From the NCBI RefSeq assembly GCF_963921235.1, contig NC_086097.1, positions 159,900,001 through 159,964,000 on the forward strand: a stretch of DNA of 64,000 bases. Direction: 5' to 3'. The notes beneath the pieces are model-generated. The model ran no database searches, had not been told where the DNA came from, and saw only the letters and a program-made list of their open reading frames with translations. Below, piece after piece: positions 23,271 to 35,920 of the stretch. How positions within the stretch are numbered: the stretch's first letter is position 1; the number at the start of each line of letters is the position of its first letter. The DNA is from Mobula hypostoma. Lineage: Eukaryota. The position numbers and the translations under genes are program-made.

Positions 23271-24050
23271 TGTGACGCAGTGGCACAGCTGCTAGAGCCT
23301 TTAGCTCACAATTCCTATATGCAGGTTCAATCCTGACCCTGACGCTCTCTGTGGGTGATATTTGCATAGTCTCCCTGTGACTGCAAGGTTTTGTTTTCCC
23401 AGGTGTCTGATTTCCTCCCACATCTATATGATTGCGGGTCATTGGGATATAAGATATAGGACAAGAATGAAGCTCTTAGGCCCTTCAAATCAGCTCCATC
23501 ATTCAATCATGCCTGACCTTTTTCCACCCTGTTCTTCCGTCTCCACCCCTCAACTCTTAAAGCCCTATCAATCCCTACTCAAAGTACCCCAGTGGCTTTG
23601 GCACAGCCCTCTGGCAACAAATTCCACAGGGGTACCACCTTCTGACTGAAAAAAAATCGTCATCTTAGTTTTGAAAGAAAGTCTTTTTGTTCTAAGGCTG
23701 TGACCTCTGAACCTAGATTCTCCCACTAACAGAAGCTCACCATGTCCATTCTATTGAGGCCTTTCAGTATCTGGTCGGTTTTGATGGTATCTCTCCATAT
23801 CCTTCTAAACTCCTTCAAGTACAAGCCCAGAGACTCTAAATGTTCCACATAGGTTTAGCCTTTTGCTCCTGGGATCATTCTTCTGAACCTCCTCTGGATG
23901 TTTTCCAGGGCCAGCATATTATACCACTGTAAATTTTACCAAATGTGTGGGAATCTTGGGAGGAGTTGCTGGTAATGTAGGATTAGTGTAAATGGGTTGT
24001 TAATTATCGGCATGGACTGAACAGCCCTTGCTATAACTCTGTATGACTCT
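23271..24050 (+). mobile_element. HE1/V-SINE-like tRNA-derived SINE, split by a minus-strand CR1 tail (about 23450-23920)
   Basis: A/B-box-like tggcacagctg...ggttcaatcc, V-domain-like tttgcat..tctccctgtgactgc...tttcctcccaca, and a CR1-type tail ending ctgtatgactct. Confidence 0.7.
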
Positions 24051-24067
24051 CTCACTCTAAGGCTACA

Positions 24068-26339
24068 TCTTCATTAATATGGAGAGTGACATAGTTAATT
24101 CAGAAACAAAGGTTCTGAACTTAAAGAGGGGTAACTTTGAAGGTATGTGAATTAGCTAAGATAGACTGGCAAATGACACTTAAAGGATTGACGGTGGATA
24201 TGCAATGGCAAGCATTTAAAGGTTTCATGGATGAACTACAACAATTGTTCATCCCAGTTTGGCAAAAGAATAAATCAAGGAAGGTAGTGCACCCATGGCT
24301 GACAAGAGAAATTAGGGATAGTATCAATTCCAAAGAAGTAGCATACAAATTAGCCAGAGAAAGTGGCTCACCTGAGGACTGGGAGAAATTCAGAGTTCAG
24401 CAGAGGAGGACAAAGGGCTTAATTAGGAAGGGGAAAAAAGATTATGAGAGAAAACTGGCGGGGAACATAAAAACGGACTGTAAAAGCTTTTATAGATATG
24501 TAAAAAGGACAAGACTGGTAAAGACAAATGTAGGTCCCCTGCAGACAGAAACAGGTGAATTGATTATGGGGAGCAAGGACATGGCAGACCAATTGAATAA
24601 TTACTTTGGTTCTGTCTTCACTAAGGAGGACATAAATAATCTTCCTGAAATAGTAAGGGACAGAGGGTCCAGTGAGATGGAGGAACTGAGTGAAATACAT
24701 GTTAGTAGGGAAGTGGTGTTAGGTAAATTGAAGGGATTGAAGGCAGATAAATCCCCAGGGCCAGATGGTCTGCATCCTAGAGTGCTTAAGGAAGTAGCCC
24801 AAGAAATAGTGGATGCATTAGTGATAATTTTTCAAAACTCGTTAGATTCTGGACTAGTTCCTGAGGATTGGAGGGTGGCTAATGTAACCCCACTTTTTAA
24901 AAAAGGAGGGAGAGAGAAACCGGGGAATTATAGACCGGTTAGCCTAACGTCGGTGGTGGGGAAACTGCTGGAGTCAGTTATCAAGGATGTGATAACAGCA
25001 CATTTGGAAAGCGGTGAAATGATCGGACAAAGTCAGCATGGATTTGTGAAAGGAAAATCATGTCTGACGAATCTCATAGAATTTTTTGAGGATGTAACTA
25101 GTAGAGTGGATAGGGGAGAACCAGTGGATGTGGTATATTTGGATTTTCAAAAGGCTTTTGACAAGGTCCCACACAGGAGATTAGTGTGCAAACTTAAAGC
25201 ACACGGTATTGGGGGTAAGGTATTGGTGTGGGTGGAGAATTGGTTAGCAGACAGGAAGCAAGGAGTGGGAATAAACGGGACCTTTTCAGAATGGCAGGCG
25301 GTGACTAGTGGGGTACTGCAAGGCTCAGTGCTGGGACCCCAGTTGTTTACAATATATATTAATGACTTGGATGAGGGAATTAAATGCAGCATCTCCAAGT
25401 TTGCGGATGACACGAAGCTGGGCGGCAGTGTTAGCAGTGAGGAGGATGCTAAGAGGATGCAGGGTGACTTGGATAGGTTGGGTGAGTGGGCAAACTCATG
25501 GCAGATGCAATTTAATGTGGATAAATGTGAAGTTATCCACTTTGGTGGCAAAAATAGGAAAACAGATTATTATCTGAATGGTGGCCGATTAGGAAAAGGG
25601 GAGGTGCAACGAGACCTGGGTGTCATTATACACCAGTCATTGAAAGTGGGCATGCAGGTACAGCAGGCGGTGAAAAAGGCGAATGGTATGCTGGCAGTTA
25701 TAGCGAGAGGATTCGAGTACAGGAGCAGGGAGGTACTACTGCAGTTGTACAAGGCCTTGGTGAGACCACACCTGGAGTATTGTGTGCAGTTTTGGTCCCC
25801 TAATCTGAGGAAAGACATCTTTGCCATAGAGGGAGTACAAAGAAGGTTCACCAGATTGATTCCTGGGATGGCAGGACTTTCATATGAAGAAAGACTGGAT
25901 GAACTGGGCTTGTACTCGTTGGAATTTAGAAGATTGAGGGGGGATCTGATTGAAACGTATAAGATCCTAAAGGGATTGGACAGGCTAGATGCAGGAAGAT
26001 TGTTCCCGATGTTGGGGAAGTCCAGAACGAGGGGTCACAGTTTGAGGATAGAGGGGAAGCCTTTTAGGACTGAGATTAGGAAAAACTTCTTCACACAGAG
26101 AGTGGTGAATCTGTGGAATTCTCTGCCACAGCAAACTGTTGAGGCCAGTTCATTGGCTATGTTTAAGAGGGAGTTAGATATGGCCCTTGTGGCTACAGGG
26201 GTCAGGGGGTATGGAGGGAAGGCTGGGGCGGGGTTCTGAGTTGGATGATCAGCCATGATCATAATAAATGGTGGTGCAGGCTCGAAGGGCCGAATGGCCT
26301 ACTCCTGCACCTATTTTCTATGTTTCTATGTTTCTATGT
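24068..26339 (+). mobile_element. Young 5'-truncated CR1 LINE
   Basis: Open 700-aa RT frame, 3' stem-loop ggtgcagg...cctgcacc (26273-26311) and (TTCTATGT)n tail. Confidence 0.97.
24137..26239 (+). CDS. CR1 ORF2 reverse transcriptase portion (endonuclease lost by 5' truncation)
   Basis: KSPGPDG, NYRPVSLTS, YLDFQKAFDKV, QGSVLGP, KFADDTKL, YKALVRPHLEY, FFTQRVVNLWN. Frame is open but the start is not the natural one. Confidence 0.9.
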   Translation: MKVCELAKIDWQMTLKGLTVDMQWQAFKGFMDELQQLFIPVWQKNKSRKVVHPWLTREIRDSINSKEVAYKLARESGSPEDWEKFRVQQRRTKGLIRKGKKDYERKLAGNIKTDCKSFYRYVKRTRLVKTNVGPLQTETGELIMGSKDMADQLNNYFGSVFTKEDINNLPEIVRDRGSSEMEELSEIHVSREVVLGKLKGLKADKSPGPDGLHPRVLKEVAQEIVDALVIIFQNSLDSGLVPEDWRVANVTPLFKKGGREKPGNYRPVSLTSVVGKLLESVIKDVITAHLESGEMIGQSQHGFVKGKSCLTNLIEFFEDVTSRVDRGEPVDVVYLDFQKAFDKVPHRRLVCKLKAHGIGGKVLVWVENWLADRKQGVGINGTFSEWQAVTSGVLQGSVLGPQLFTIYINDLDEGIKCSISKFADDTKLGGSVSSEEDAKRMQGDLDRLGEWANSWQMQFNVDKCEVIHFGGKNRKTDYYLNGGRLGKGEVQRDLGVIIHQSLKVGMQVQQAVKKANGMLAVIARGFEYRSREVLLQLYKALVRPHLEYCVQFWSPNLRKDIFAIEGVQRRFTRLIPGMAGLSYEERLDELGLYSLEFRRLRGDLIETYKILKGLDRLDAGRLFPMLGKSRTRGHSLRIEGKPFRTEIRKNFFTQRVVNLWNSLPQQTVEASSLAMFKRELDMALVATGVRGYGGKAGAGF

Positions 26340-28649
26340 CCACACTACGCCAGATAATTTTGAAAATGAAGCTTTCTTTCTTCATTTTGACCCTCTGTCC
26401 ACACTAAAGCGACGTTTTCATCCCCTGAAAACGGATATTTTCAGAAATGGTCTCCAGTGAATAAATTTGAAAACACCTAATATCCATTGTAGTGTGTACG
26501 GGGTAAACGGAGAGATTTAAAAATGCTGTCATGACAACACCACAACAACAATGCTTTTTCTGCTTCTGCTTGGTACTGCGCAAGCACTGCCATACGGCTG
26601 TTATAATGCGCAGTCGGTGTGAACGGCGTGAGAGTTAAATTGTAAAGTGAGCTTTTTTGACTATTTAAAAACGCTGTCATGACGTGCTGGAACAGATGGC
26701 CACAGCGCGGCATTTCGTTGTTTTCTTGTACGCAAACCCCCACATAACGTAACAATTTCAGAACAGACGGCAACGAGACTGAAGCCAGAAGAGTTAGAAA
26801 TGTACTCACCAAATACTTTGACCCATAGCTTGCTGAATAAATAAGTCTACTCACTTTGCCCTGTTTTCTGTCCTTGCTTGTATGAAGGTGGTTCACCTAT
26901 TTATGCAAGTACTTCTCTGACAATAGATATGTAACTGCCTAATGTAACAATGTATGGAAATACAAGATAACATTGATGCAGACATGTTTTATACATTTAA
27001 CAAGGTGCTTTATTGATGCAACAGAGTTAGTCAGTTTTTCAATGTTCGTCGTCAGCCGGGTCATAATGTCCGTGAATTCCCTGTCGGTTGCCTCCATACG
27101 CTCCAGTATTTGTTTTTTTTAGTTTTAAGTCTTCCTGCATGAGAGCCAAGATCAATTCCTTTGAAGTTTTTCTACTCTGTAAATGGACAAACGTGCACCA
27201 AGTATATCGTTTCCTCTTCGCTTGTTTTTTGTGTGTCCTGCGCATGCCCAGTAGGAGGAGATTCACCCAAATATCCATCCAATGTGGACAGAGGTATTTT
27301 GAAAAACGCTTAGTGTGGACGCCCATCATTTTTACTCGAAACCGGCATTTTCAAAATTATCCTGCATAGTGTGGACGTAGCCTATGACATACAGTGCATT
27401 GTTACATGCAGCACAGGCAGGGCCAGATTCATTGCAGCATTGATGATCACGTATATTCAGGTTGTACAATAGCAATTGTGACTTAATTACAGTAGGATCT
27501 GAATCAGTACCAGGGACATTAAATTGAAAGGAGAGTAAAAGTACACACAAATCATTTTTTAAACATAAAACAAAATTAAACAAAAATTACTTTTCTATTA
27601 ACCACATCACTACTATCCATCAGTTTATGCAGAGACTTAAAATACTATTGAACAATTACATTATTTATAGAATAAACTTTAATTGTGGAACACCACTTTG
27701 AAGTGGACCAGAGAAACCCAAATTTGCCCATTAAATAATTTACAATGGGGTCTCCTGATGAGATGAAACCAGAGTTAAAAACCATTACTATATAAAAATT
27801 CAATCAGAAGTACATTTAAAGTGACTAATTAATGCAGATTTAGTTAATGGCTGCATTCACGTTAATTAGCAAATAGCTTTGCTGGAGTTTGCATTGCCAC
27901 ATAATAACTTAATGTATTTAGAGGATAAAGATCTCTTCATTTCTGATATCAAAAATAAAGTAAGCGCAATATTAATCTGCAAAACACTATTATAAAATAA
28001 TATCTGCTGAATTTTTCCTTCACAAGGACAATGTGAAAAATCAAAGACATTGTATCCGCATTCTGTTCAGACCTTGAGAATTTGCCTGACTTTAATTAAA
28101 TTGCTTCTTTTAAAAGCCTTGAGCATGTGTAGTCCTTGACTGACAGCATGGCTCACAGTCCAATTCTCACATCTCAGCTGCTCTTCATATACTTTATTTT
28201 CTCTGTGTTATCCAAGGCCCCTTTTTTGTGGAGTGCAGGCAAGGAAATGGTGTAGTGTTTGTGACTGCAGCTTGAATTCCCTTCTCATGCTTACAAAATC
28301 TCCAGAATGTGATAAAAGGAGACCCATATTCAATGAGGTGGTAATGCTAGTGTCAGCTCTGGCTCTTTTCTCTTGTTTTTGCATGAGTGTGAAAGGCTGT
28401 ATGTAGATTCAATTCCACTCTAGAGACTAAGCATATAATTAAGGCTGAGGTGAAGTTGCGTTATCAGAAGAATTATTTTTTGGATGAGACCTTAAAGTGA
28501 AGAATGGCCTTTATCACAGCTAGACCAGAAGTTCTTGCAGTACTGTTTCAGATGGAGCAAGGAGTACCTTCTAAGACAACAAAAGCCAATGTATATCTCT
28601 CATCCTCCAGAACTATGCTGAAAATCTGAACTAAAAGGTGCTGGAAATA

Positions 28650-30370
28650 AGACCCTGAGAAACAGGGACAGGAGTAGATCAGTTGGCCCCTCAAACCTGC
28701 TCCAGCTTTTAATATAATCATATATGTTTCAACCTTGACCTCAGCTCAACTTTCTCATTCCATTCTTATCTTCCTAGACTCTCTAATAGTTCAAGTGCAT
28801 AGCAATCATTGCTTTAAGTACATTCAATGAATCTGCCTCCACACTTGTCTGGGCAGAGAATTCCCAAAAGTCACATTGCCTAGAGCCGATAAATGTATCT
28901 TCATCTCCATCTTAAACAGCTAAGTTGTTGTACTGAAATGACATTCCTCAGTTCCAAATACTTGCACATGGGGATAGTCCTGCCAGCATTTACCTTGTCA
29001 ATCCCTTTCAGAATCTTAGATGTTATCCAGAGCCGGGCAGCATCTGTGGAGAGAAGGGAAATTTTCAGGTTGATAACCTCTCACGAGACTTATCTGCATC
29101 ACTAATGCAGATTCTCAATGTAATTGCTTTATTGCTAGTTCAAATTAGCTGGCTCATTTTCTATGATGTAACCATTCAAAATAATTTAATTGACTTGGGT
29201 TATGAAAGGAAGAAATTTCGAACTAAGATTTTCATTTTTGTTTTTGCTCTACATGAAGAGTAAGCCTCTTACTGTGAATGAATAGAAGTTAAGACATAGA
29301 ATGTAAGAACAGTACAATACAGCACATGTTGTGAACTAATTAAACAAATGATGCCTAATTTAAGCAATTATTTCTCCCTATACATGGCCCATATACTTCC
29401 GGTATCTTCATATTTACTCACCTGTCTTAAGCAGCACTATCGTATCTGCTGTCACACCAGCCCTGACCATTCATTCATGGTACTCATTGCCCTCTCTATT
29501 TAAACAGAAACTTGTCCTGCACATCTCCTTTGAACTTACTCCTTCTCATCTTAAATATATGCACTCTGTATTAGACATTTTGACCCTGGGAAAAAGATAA
29601 TGGCTCTCGATCTATGACTTCCATAATTTTACAAGTTTCTTTCAGATTTCCCCGCAGCCTCTGCCACTCCAGAAAAAAAACAACCCGAGTTTGCTCAACC
29701 TCTCCTTATTGCACTCAATTCCAGCCAGAATCCTGGTAAACCTATTATACTACCTCTCCATAGCTTCCACATCCTTCCTTTAATGGGACAACCAGAATTG
29801 AAATCAATAATCCAGATGTGGCCTGAATAGAATTTTATAAAGCAACATAATGCCATTTCATGTTGAACTCAATTCCTTAACTAGTAAAGGCAAGCACGCC
29901 ATTGGCCTTCTTTACCACCAGATCAGCCTTAAGTCACACTTAAGGAGCTATGTACTTGGATCCCATGACTGAAGGAATTAATGTAAAATACATAAGGTCT
30001 TATTGCAGTTGTATAAGGCTTTATTGTAAGCAACTGTAGAATTGGTCTTGAGATACCAGACGTGCCCACAAAGAGAAACTGAGCAAATTGTCCGTATACT
30101 CTCTTCAATTTGGAAGTCTAAGAAGTGATATCAGTCAGAAGTGACAATCTCTAGCCAAACCTGATTTGATACTCCAGGCTCAGCAGTTTGTTTGATGTTT
30201 CTCTTGGCTTGAGTGCTTAGAACCAGGAGTCCCATTCTCAAAATAAAAGATTTGGCATTCAGAACTGAGAAGGGATGAAATTTCTTCACTGAGAGGGTAG
30301 TTAATCTTGGAACTCTCTACTTAAGGGGCCTGTGGAGCTTCAAAGTACATTCAAGGCAGAGATTCAGCTG
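28650..30370. mobile_element. Cluster of highly decayed CR1 3' fragments
   Basis: Minus-strand CR1 tails near 28650-29020 and 29295-29970; plus-strand remnant near 30000-30365 (ttgcagttgtataaggc, aatttcttcactgagagggt). Confidence 0.6.
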
Positions 30371-31434
30371 TACATTTATTTATCAATCACATGGACATCA
30401 AATCATACAGTGCAATGTGTTGTATGTGTTATCAAACAATACAATCTGATGATGAACCGAGACGCAGATGTCACCACACATTCCAATGCCAACAAAAAAT
30501 GCTCACGATGTTCAGCAGCGCAACATGCAGTCAACATACAACAAGCAACAACATCAAAACTAATGATTTTCCCACCCACAGTCCCCCCTCTCAACCACTT
30601 ATAGAGATAAGCCTCCAAACTCGGAACAGGCCATGGACCCAGACTCGTAGAAATTGGGTCTCCAACCTCCAGACTCACCAACCTAGCGGTTTGATCTTTA
30701 GACTTCAACTTCTGGACTACTGACCATTGGAATTTGAACCTATGGTCTTCAACCTCAAACTATTGACCTCTGAACTTCAACCCTGAAGGTAATCTGACCT
30801 CATGGCCAGCTTTAGATATACATGAATTCAAGAGATATATGATTAGTGTTGAATATTAGCACTAATGTAAACAACCAGTCACTGTTTAATTGAATGGCAA
30901 TAGTCAATTATAGCTCCTTTTTTGTTAGTCCTTCTGCTTCTCTCTCTGCTGTTACATCCTAATGTTGATACTTGCATCAGTTTACTTGAGGTAAGGGGGT
31001 TTATCACTTTCTTGCACTATTATACTTTGCCTTAATTAGAAAAATATATCACCAGAAAGACATCTTAAATACAAATATTAAATTATACATAATTAGAATA
31101 TATATTCCAGTGAATTACAGCAACTGTTCTGCTACAAATGATCAACATTTCATCCTGAACAGACTTTTACCTCAAAGGTTATTATTTAACAGAAGAATCT
31201 TCCAGCCCAGCAAATTAATTTTCAAAAGGAACAGTCAGATTTATTACTAGAGCAGGAAGGTCTTTCTGAGGAATTGTGATGATGAGGTCTTCTTGCTAGA
31301 ACCTAGAGATTTTTTTGGGGGGAAATGATCATTGGAATTGAAGATCTGAGATTACAAGAACTGCACTTCATATTTGTTCCTGGTAGTTCTCCAACTTAAC
31401 AGCAAGAACATCTATTTTTCTATCCTTTAGTAAT

Positions 31435-34269
31435 CATAGAAACATAGAAACATAGAAAATAGGTGCAGGAGTAAGCCATTCGGCCCTTCGAGCCTGCACC
31501 GCCATTTATTATGATCATGGCTGATCATCCAACTCAGAACCCCGCCCCAGCCTTCCCTCCATACCCCCTGACCCCCGTAGCCACAAGGGCCATATCTAAC
31601 TCCCTCTTAAATATAGCCAATGAACTGGCCTCAACTGTTTCCTGTGGCAGAGAATTCCACAGATTCACCACTCTCTATGTGAAGAAGTTTTTCCTAATCT
31701 CGGTCCTAAAAGGCTTCCCCTCTATCCTCAAACTGTGACCCCTCGTTCTGGACTTCCCCAACATCGGGAACAATCTTCCTGCATCTAGCCTGTCCAATCC
31801 CTTTAGGATCTTATACGTTTCAATCAGATCCCCCCTTAATCTTCTAAATTCCAACGAGTACAAGCCCAGTTCATCCAGTCTTTCTTCATATGAAAGTCCT
31901 GCCATCCCAGGAATCAATCTAGTGAACCTTCTTTGTACTCCCTCTATGGCAAAGATGACTTTCCTCAGATTAGGGGACCAAAACTGCACACAATACTCCA
32001 GGTGTGGTCTCACCAAGGCCTTGTACAACTGCAGTAGTACCTCCCTGCTCCTGTACTCAAATCCTCTCGCTATGAATGCCAGCAAACCATTCGCCTTTTT
32101 CACCGCCTGCTGTACCTGCACGCCCACTTTCAATGACTGGTGTATAATGACACCCAGGTCTCGTTGCACCTCCCCTTTTCCTAATCGGCCACCATTCAGA
32201 TAATAATCTGTTTTCCTATTTTTGCCACCAAAGTGGATAACTTCACATTTATCCACATTAAATTGCATCTGCCATGAATTTGCCCACTCACCCAACCTAT
32301 CCAAGTCACCCTGCATCCTCTTAGCATCCTCCTCACTGCTAACACTGCCACCCAGCTTCGTGTCATCTGCAAACTTGGAGATGCTGCATTTAATTCCCTC
32401 ATCCAAGTCATTAATATATATTGTAAACAACTGGGGTCCCAGCACTGAGCCTTGCGGTACCCCACTAGTCACCGCCTGCCATTCTGAAAAGGTCCCGTTT
32501 ATTCCCACTCTTTGCTTCCTGTCTGCTAACCAATTCTCCACCCACACCAATACCTTACCCCCAATACCGTGTGCTTTAAGTTTGCACACTAATCTCCTGT
32601 GTGGGACCTTGTCAAAAGCCTTTTGAAAATCCAAATATACCACATCCACTGGTTCTCTCCTATCCACTCTACTAGTTACATCCTCAAAAAATTCTATGAG
32701 ATTCGTCAGACATGATTTTCCTTTCACAAATCCATGCTGACTTCGTCCGATCATTTCACCGCTTTCCAAATGTGCTGTTATCACATCCTTGATAACTGAC
32801 TCCAGCAGTTTCCCCACCACCGACGTTAGGCTAACCGGTCTATAATTCCCCGGTTTCTCTCTCCTTCCTTTTTTAAAAAGTGGGGTTACATTAGCCACCC
32901 TCCAATCCTCAGGAACTAGTCCAGAATCTAACGAGTTTTGAAAAATTATCACTAATGCATCCACTATTTCTTGGGCTACTTCCTTAAGCACTCTAGGATA
33001 CAGACCATCTGGCCCTGGCGATTTATCTGCCTTCAATCCCTTCAATTTACCTAACACCACTTCCCTACTAACATGTATTTCGCTCAGTTCCTCCATCTCA
33101 CTGGACCCTCTGTCCCTCACTATTTCTGGAAGATTACTTATGTCCTCCTTAGTGAAGACAGAACCAAAGTAATTATTCAATTGGTCTGCCATGTCCTTGC
33201 TCTCCGTAATCAATTCACCTGTTTCTGTCTGCAGGGGACCTAGATTTGTCTTCACCAGTCTTTTCCTTTTTACATATCTATAAAAGCTTTTACAGTCAGT
33301 TTTTATGTTCCCTGCCAGTTTTCTCTCATAATCTTTTTTCCCCTTCATAATTAAGCCCTTTGTCCTCCTCTGCTGAACTCTGAATTTCTCCCAGTCCTCA
33401 GGTGAGCCACTTTCTCTGGCTAATTTGTATGCTTCTTCTTTGGAATTGATACTATCCCTAATTTCTCTTGTCAGCCACGGGTGCACTACCTTCCTTGATT
33501 TATTCTTTTGCCAAACTGGGATGAACAATTGTTGTAGTTCATCCATGCAACCTTTAAATGCTTGCCATTGCATATCCACCGTCAATCCTTTAAGTGTCAT
33601 TTTCCAGTCTATCTTAGCTAATTCACGTCTCATACCTTCAAAGTTACCCCTCTTTAAGTTCAGAACCTTTGTTTCTGAATTAACTATCTCACTCTCCATC
33701 TTAATGAAGAATTCCACCATATTATGGTCACTCTTACCCAAGGGGCCTCTCACGACAAGATCGCTAATGAACCCTTCCTCATTGCTCAAAACCCAGTCCA
33801 GAATAGCCTGCTCTCTAGTTGGTTCCTCGACATGTTGGTTCAAAAAACCATCCCGCATACATTCCAAGAAATCCTCTTCCTCAGCACCTTTACCAATTTG
33901 GTTCACCCAATCTACATGTAGATTGAAGTCACCCATTATAACTGCTGTTCCTTTATTGCACACATTTCTAATTTCCTGTTTAATACCATCTCCGACCTCA
34001 CTACTACTGTTAGGTGGCCTGTACACAACTCCCACCAGCATCTTCTGCCCCTTAGTGTTACGCAGCTCTACCCATATCGATTCCACATCTTCCCGGCTTA
34101 TGTCCTTCCTTTCTATTGCGTTAATCTCTTCTTTAACCAGCAACGCCACCCCACCTCCCCTTCCTTCATGTCTATCACTCCTGAATATTGAATATCCCTG
34201 AACGTTGAGCTCCCATCCCTGGTCACCCTGGAGCCATGTCTCTGTGATCCCAACTATATCATAATCGTT
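31435..34269 (-). mobile_element. Young 5'-truncated CR1 LINE, same family as 24068-26339
   Basis: APE endonuclease (DIVGITETWL, VYRPPN, IMGDFN, SDHN) plus RT, and the same tail. Confidence 0.97.
31675..34269 (-). pseudogene. CR1 ORF2 (APE + RT), near-complete, with a premature C-terminal stop
   Basis: 888-aa ORF whose first ~25 aa come from flanking DNA; CAG-to-TAG at 31675-31677 relative to the sister copies removes the last ~45 residues. Confidence 0.9.
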
Positions 34270-34605
34270 CCCCTCTGTACCCTTTTTTTCCTTATCCCAC
34301 CAGCCCCATTTCCCATCTCCCATCACTAAATCTGCCATCACTCACTCATTCCTCCCTTTGGTTCCCATCAGTATCTCCTACCCTTCAGTCCATTGTCCAC
34401 CATCCTCCCCATCTTCTTCAGCTGTTAGTCACTTCCACCTATCACCTCCGAGCTTCTTGCATCATTCCTATCCTCCCCCCCTCCACGTGCCTATCATACT
34501 TCCTGCTCCTGATCCATCTTTCACTCGCCAACTCTTCTGCGCCCCTTCTTCACACCTTTTTCTCCTCTCTTTCTTTCCAGTCCTGATGAAGGGTCCAGCT
34601 CAGGA
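34270..34605 (+). mobile_element. Old Penelope 3' terminal fragment
   Basis: Pyrimidine-rich tract ending ttctttccagtcctgatgaagggtc (5' half of a hammerhead). Confidence 0.65.
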
Positions 34606-34774
34606 CTTTGCATCACTCATTGGCAAAAAAGGAAGATTTCAAGGTTCATTCTTTCAGCTTTGTATACTCCGAAGCTGCATTACTCCAGACATGTAAACTG
34701 TCAAACTATGGTATTTTGTTGAGCTCTTGCTTGCATTGAATGACCGAGTAAGAATGAAAGGCTTCACTTGGTAG

Positions 34775-35250
34775 AAACATAGAACAGTACAGCACAGGAA
34801 CAGACACTATAGCCCATAATGTTGCACTAAACTAATTGAATTAGTATCAAATGTCCATCTAAACTAATCCCCTCTGTTTGCACAATGTTCTTATTCTTCC
34901 ATTTCCTGCACATTCATATGATTATCTAAGAGCCTCTTGAATGTCTCCACCTCTGGCTGCTCCTTTACCCCTGCTCACCTGAAATAGGTGCCCATGCTTT
35001 GATCCTGGGAAAATGATATTGGCTATCTACACTACCTATGCCTCTCATAATCTTATAAACCTCTGTCAGATCTCCCTCCGCCTCAGCCACTCCAAGATTG
35101 TCCAAGCTCTCCTTATAATGCATGTCCTCAAATCCAGGCAACATTTTTTTGTAAATTTCTTCTGCACCCTCTTCAAACCCACCATGTCCTTCCTATTTCT
35201 GGGGTGACCAGAAGCAAATGCAGTACTCCAGATGCAGTTTTATATAGCTA
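34775..35250 (-). mobile_element. Decayed CR1 3' fragment
   Basis: aacatagaacagtacagcacagg tail and RT C-terminal remnants. Confidence 0.65.
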
Positions 35251-35743
35251 CGTGGTGTCTGCACAACTCCCCTTTTGACCAGATAGTTTTTAGATCACTA
35301 TTGATTTGACCATGCTATCACCAAAATGAGATCCTAACTGCATCTGTTGTACTTAAAGAACAAAGGACACAATTCATAATGATATATTAAATAGAGCAAG
35401 ATGAAATGCCGTAGCTTACCAAACTACTGTAGTTGTGCAAGTTCCTGCAAAGGATACTCTGCGATTCTCAGTAATTGCTTCTTATAAGCAAAGCTCCAAT
35501 TTTATTTTTTCTCTCTGAGATCAAGAACAAATCTACACAACATAATTAAGAAATGACTAATAAATCATTTTTGCACCCGTTTTTTGTCATCTGTCATAAT
35601 CCTTTCTAGAAAGCGTGTAAAATCAAAATTAAAACAGTACTTGCTCTAATTTGAAAGCTTCCATCTATTTGACCAGCAGAGCCATCTGTACATTGCAGAG
35701 ATTTAGCTAATGCTGCCCCCAAAAGAACAAAGAGTGAAATTAC

Positions 35744-35920
35744 AGCAACACACACAAAATGCTGGTGGAACGCAGCTGGCCAGACAGCATCCATAGGAAG
35801 AAGCACAGTCGACATTTCGGGCCGAGACCCTTCGTCAAGAGGCCTGCAGCGTTCCACCAGCATTTTGTGTGTGTTGCTTGAATTTCCAGCATCTGCAGAT
35901 TTCCTCATGTTTGCGTTCTT
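35744..35920. mobile_element. Inverted pair of Penelope termini
   Basis: 15-bp TSD aaagagtgaa(a/g)ttac (35729-35743, 35921-35935); inverted arms agcaacacacacaaaatgctggtggaacgc / gcgttccaccagcattttgtgtgtgttgct; mutated hammerhead at 35807-35840 (minus). Confidence 0.85.

Larger units (their letters stand above)
24061..27382. mobile_element. Non-autonomous PIF/Harbinger-like element (about 1.05 kb net) with its left TIR split by a CR1
   Basis: Left TIR ggctac(24061-24066) + gtccacactacgccagataattttgaaaa (from 26338) matches the reverse complement of the right end ttttcaaaattatcctgcatagtgtggacgtagcc (27382); flanks are TAA and TAT. Confidence 0.78.

Noticed and set aside
23271..23345. tRNA gene
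   Set aside because: Only decayed A/B boxes leading into a V-domain; it is a SINE head with no cloverleaf.
33425..34201. 258-aa ORF antisense to CR1, and similar antisense ORFs in CR1, Rex1 and Gypsy copies
   Set aside because: Shadow frames of TE coding sequence; they recur only because the copies are near-identical.
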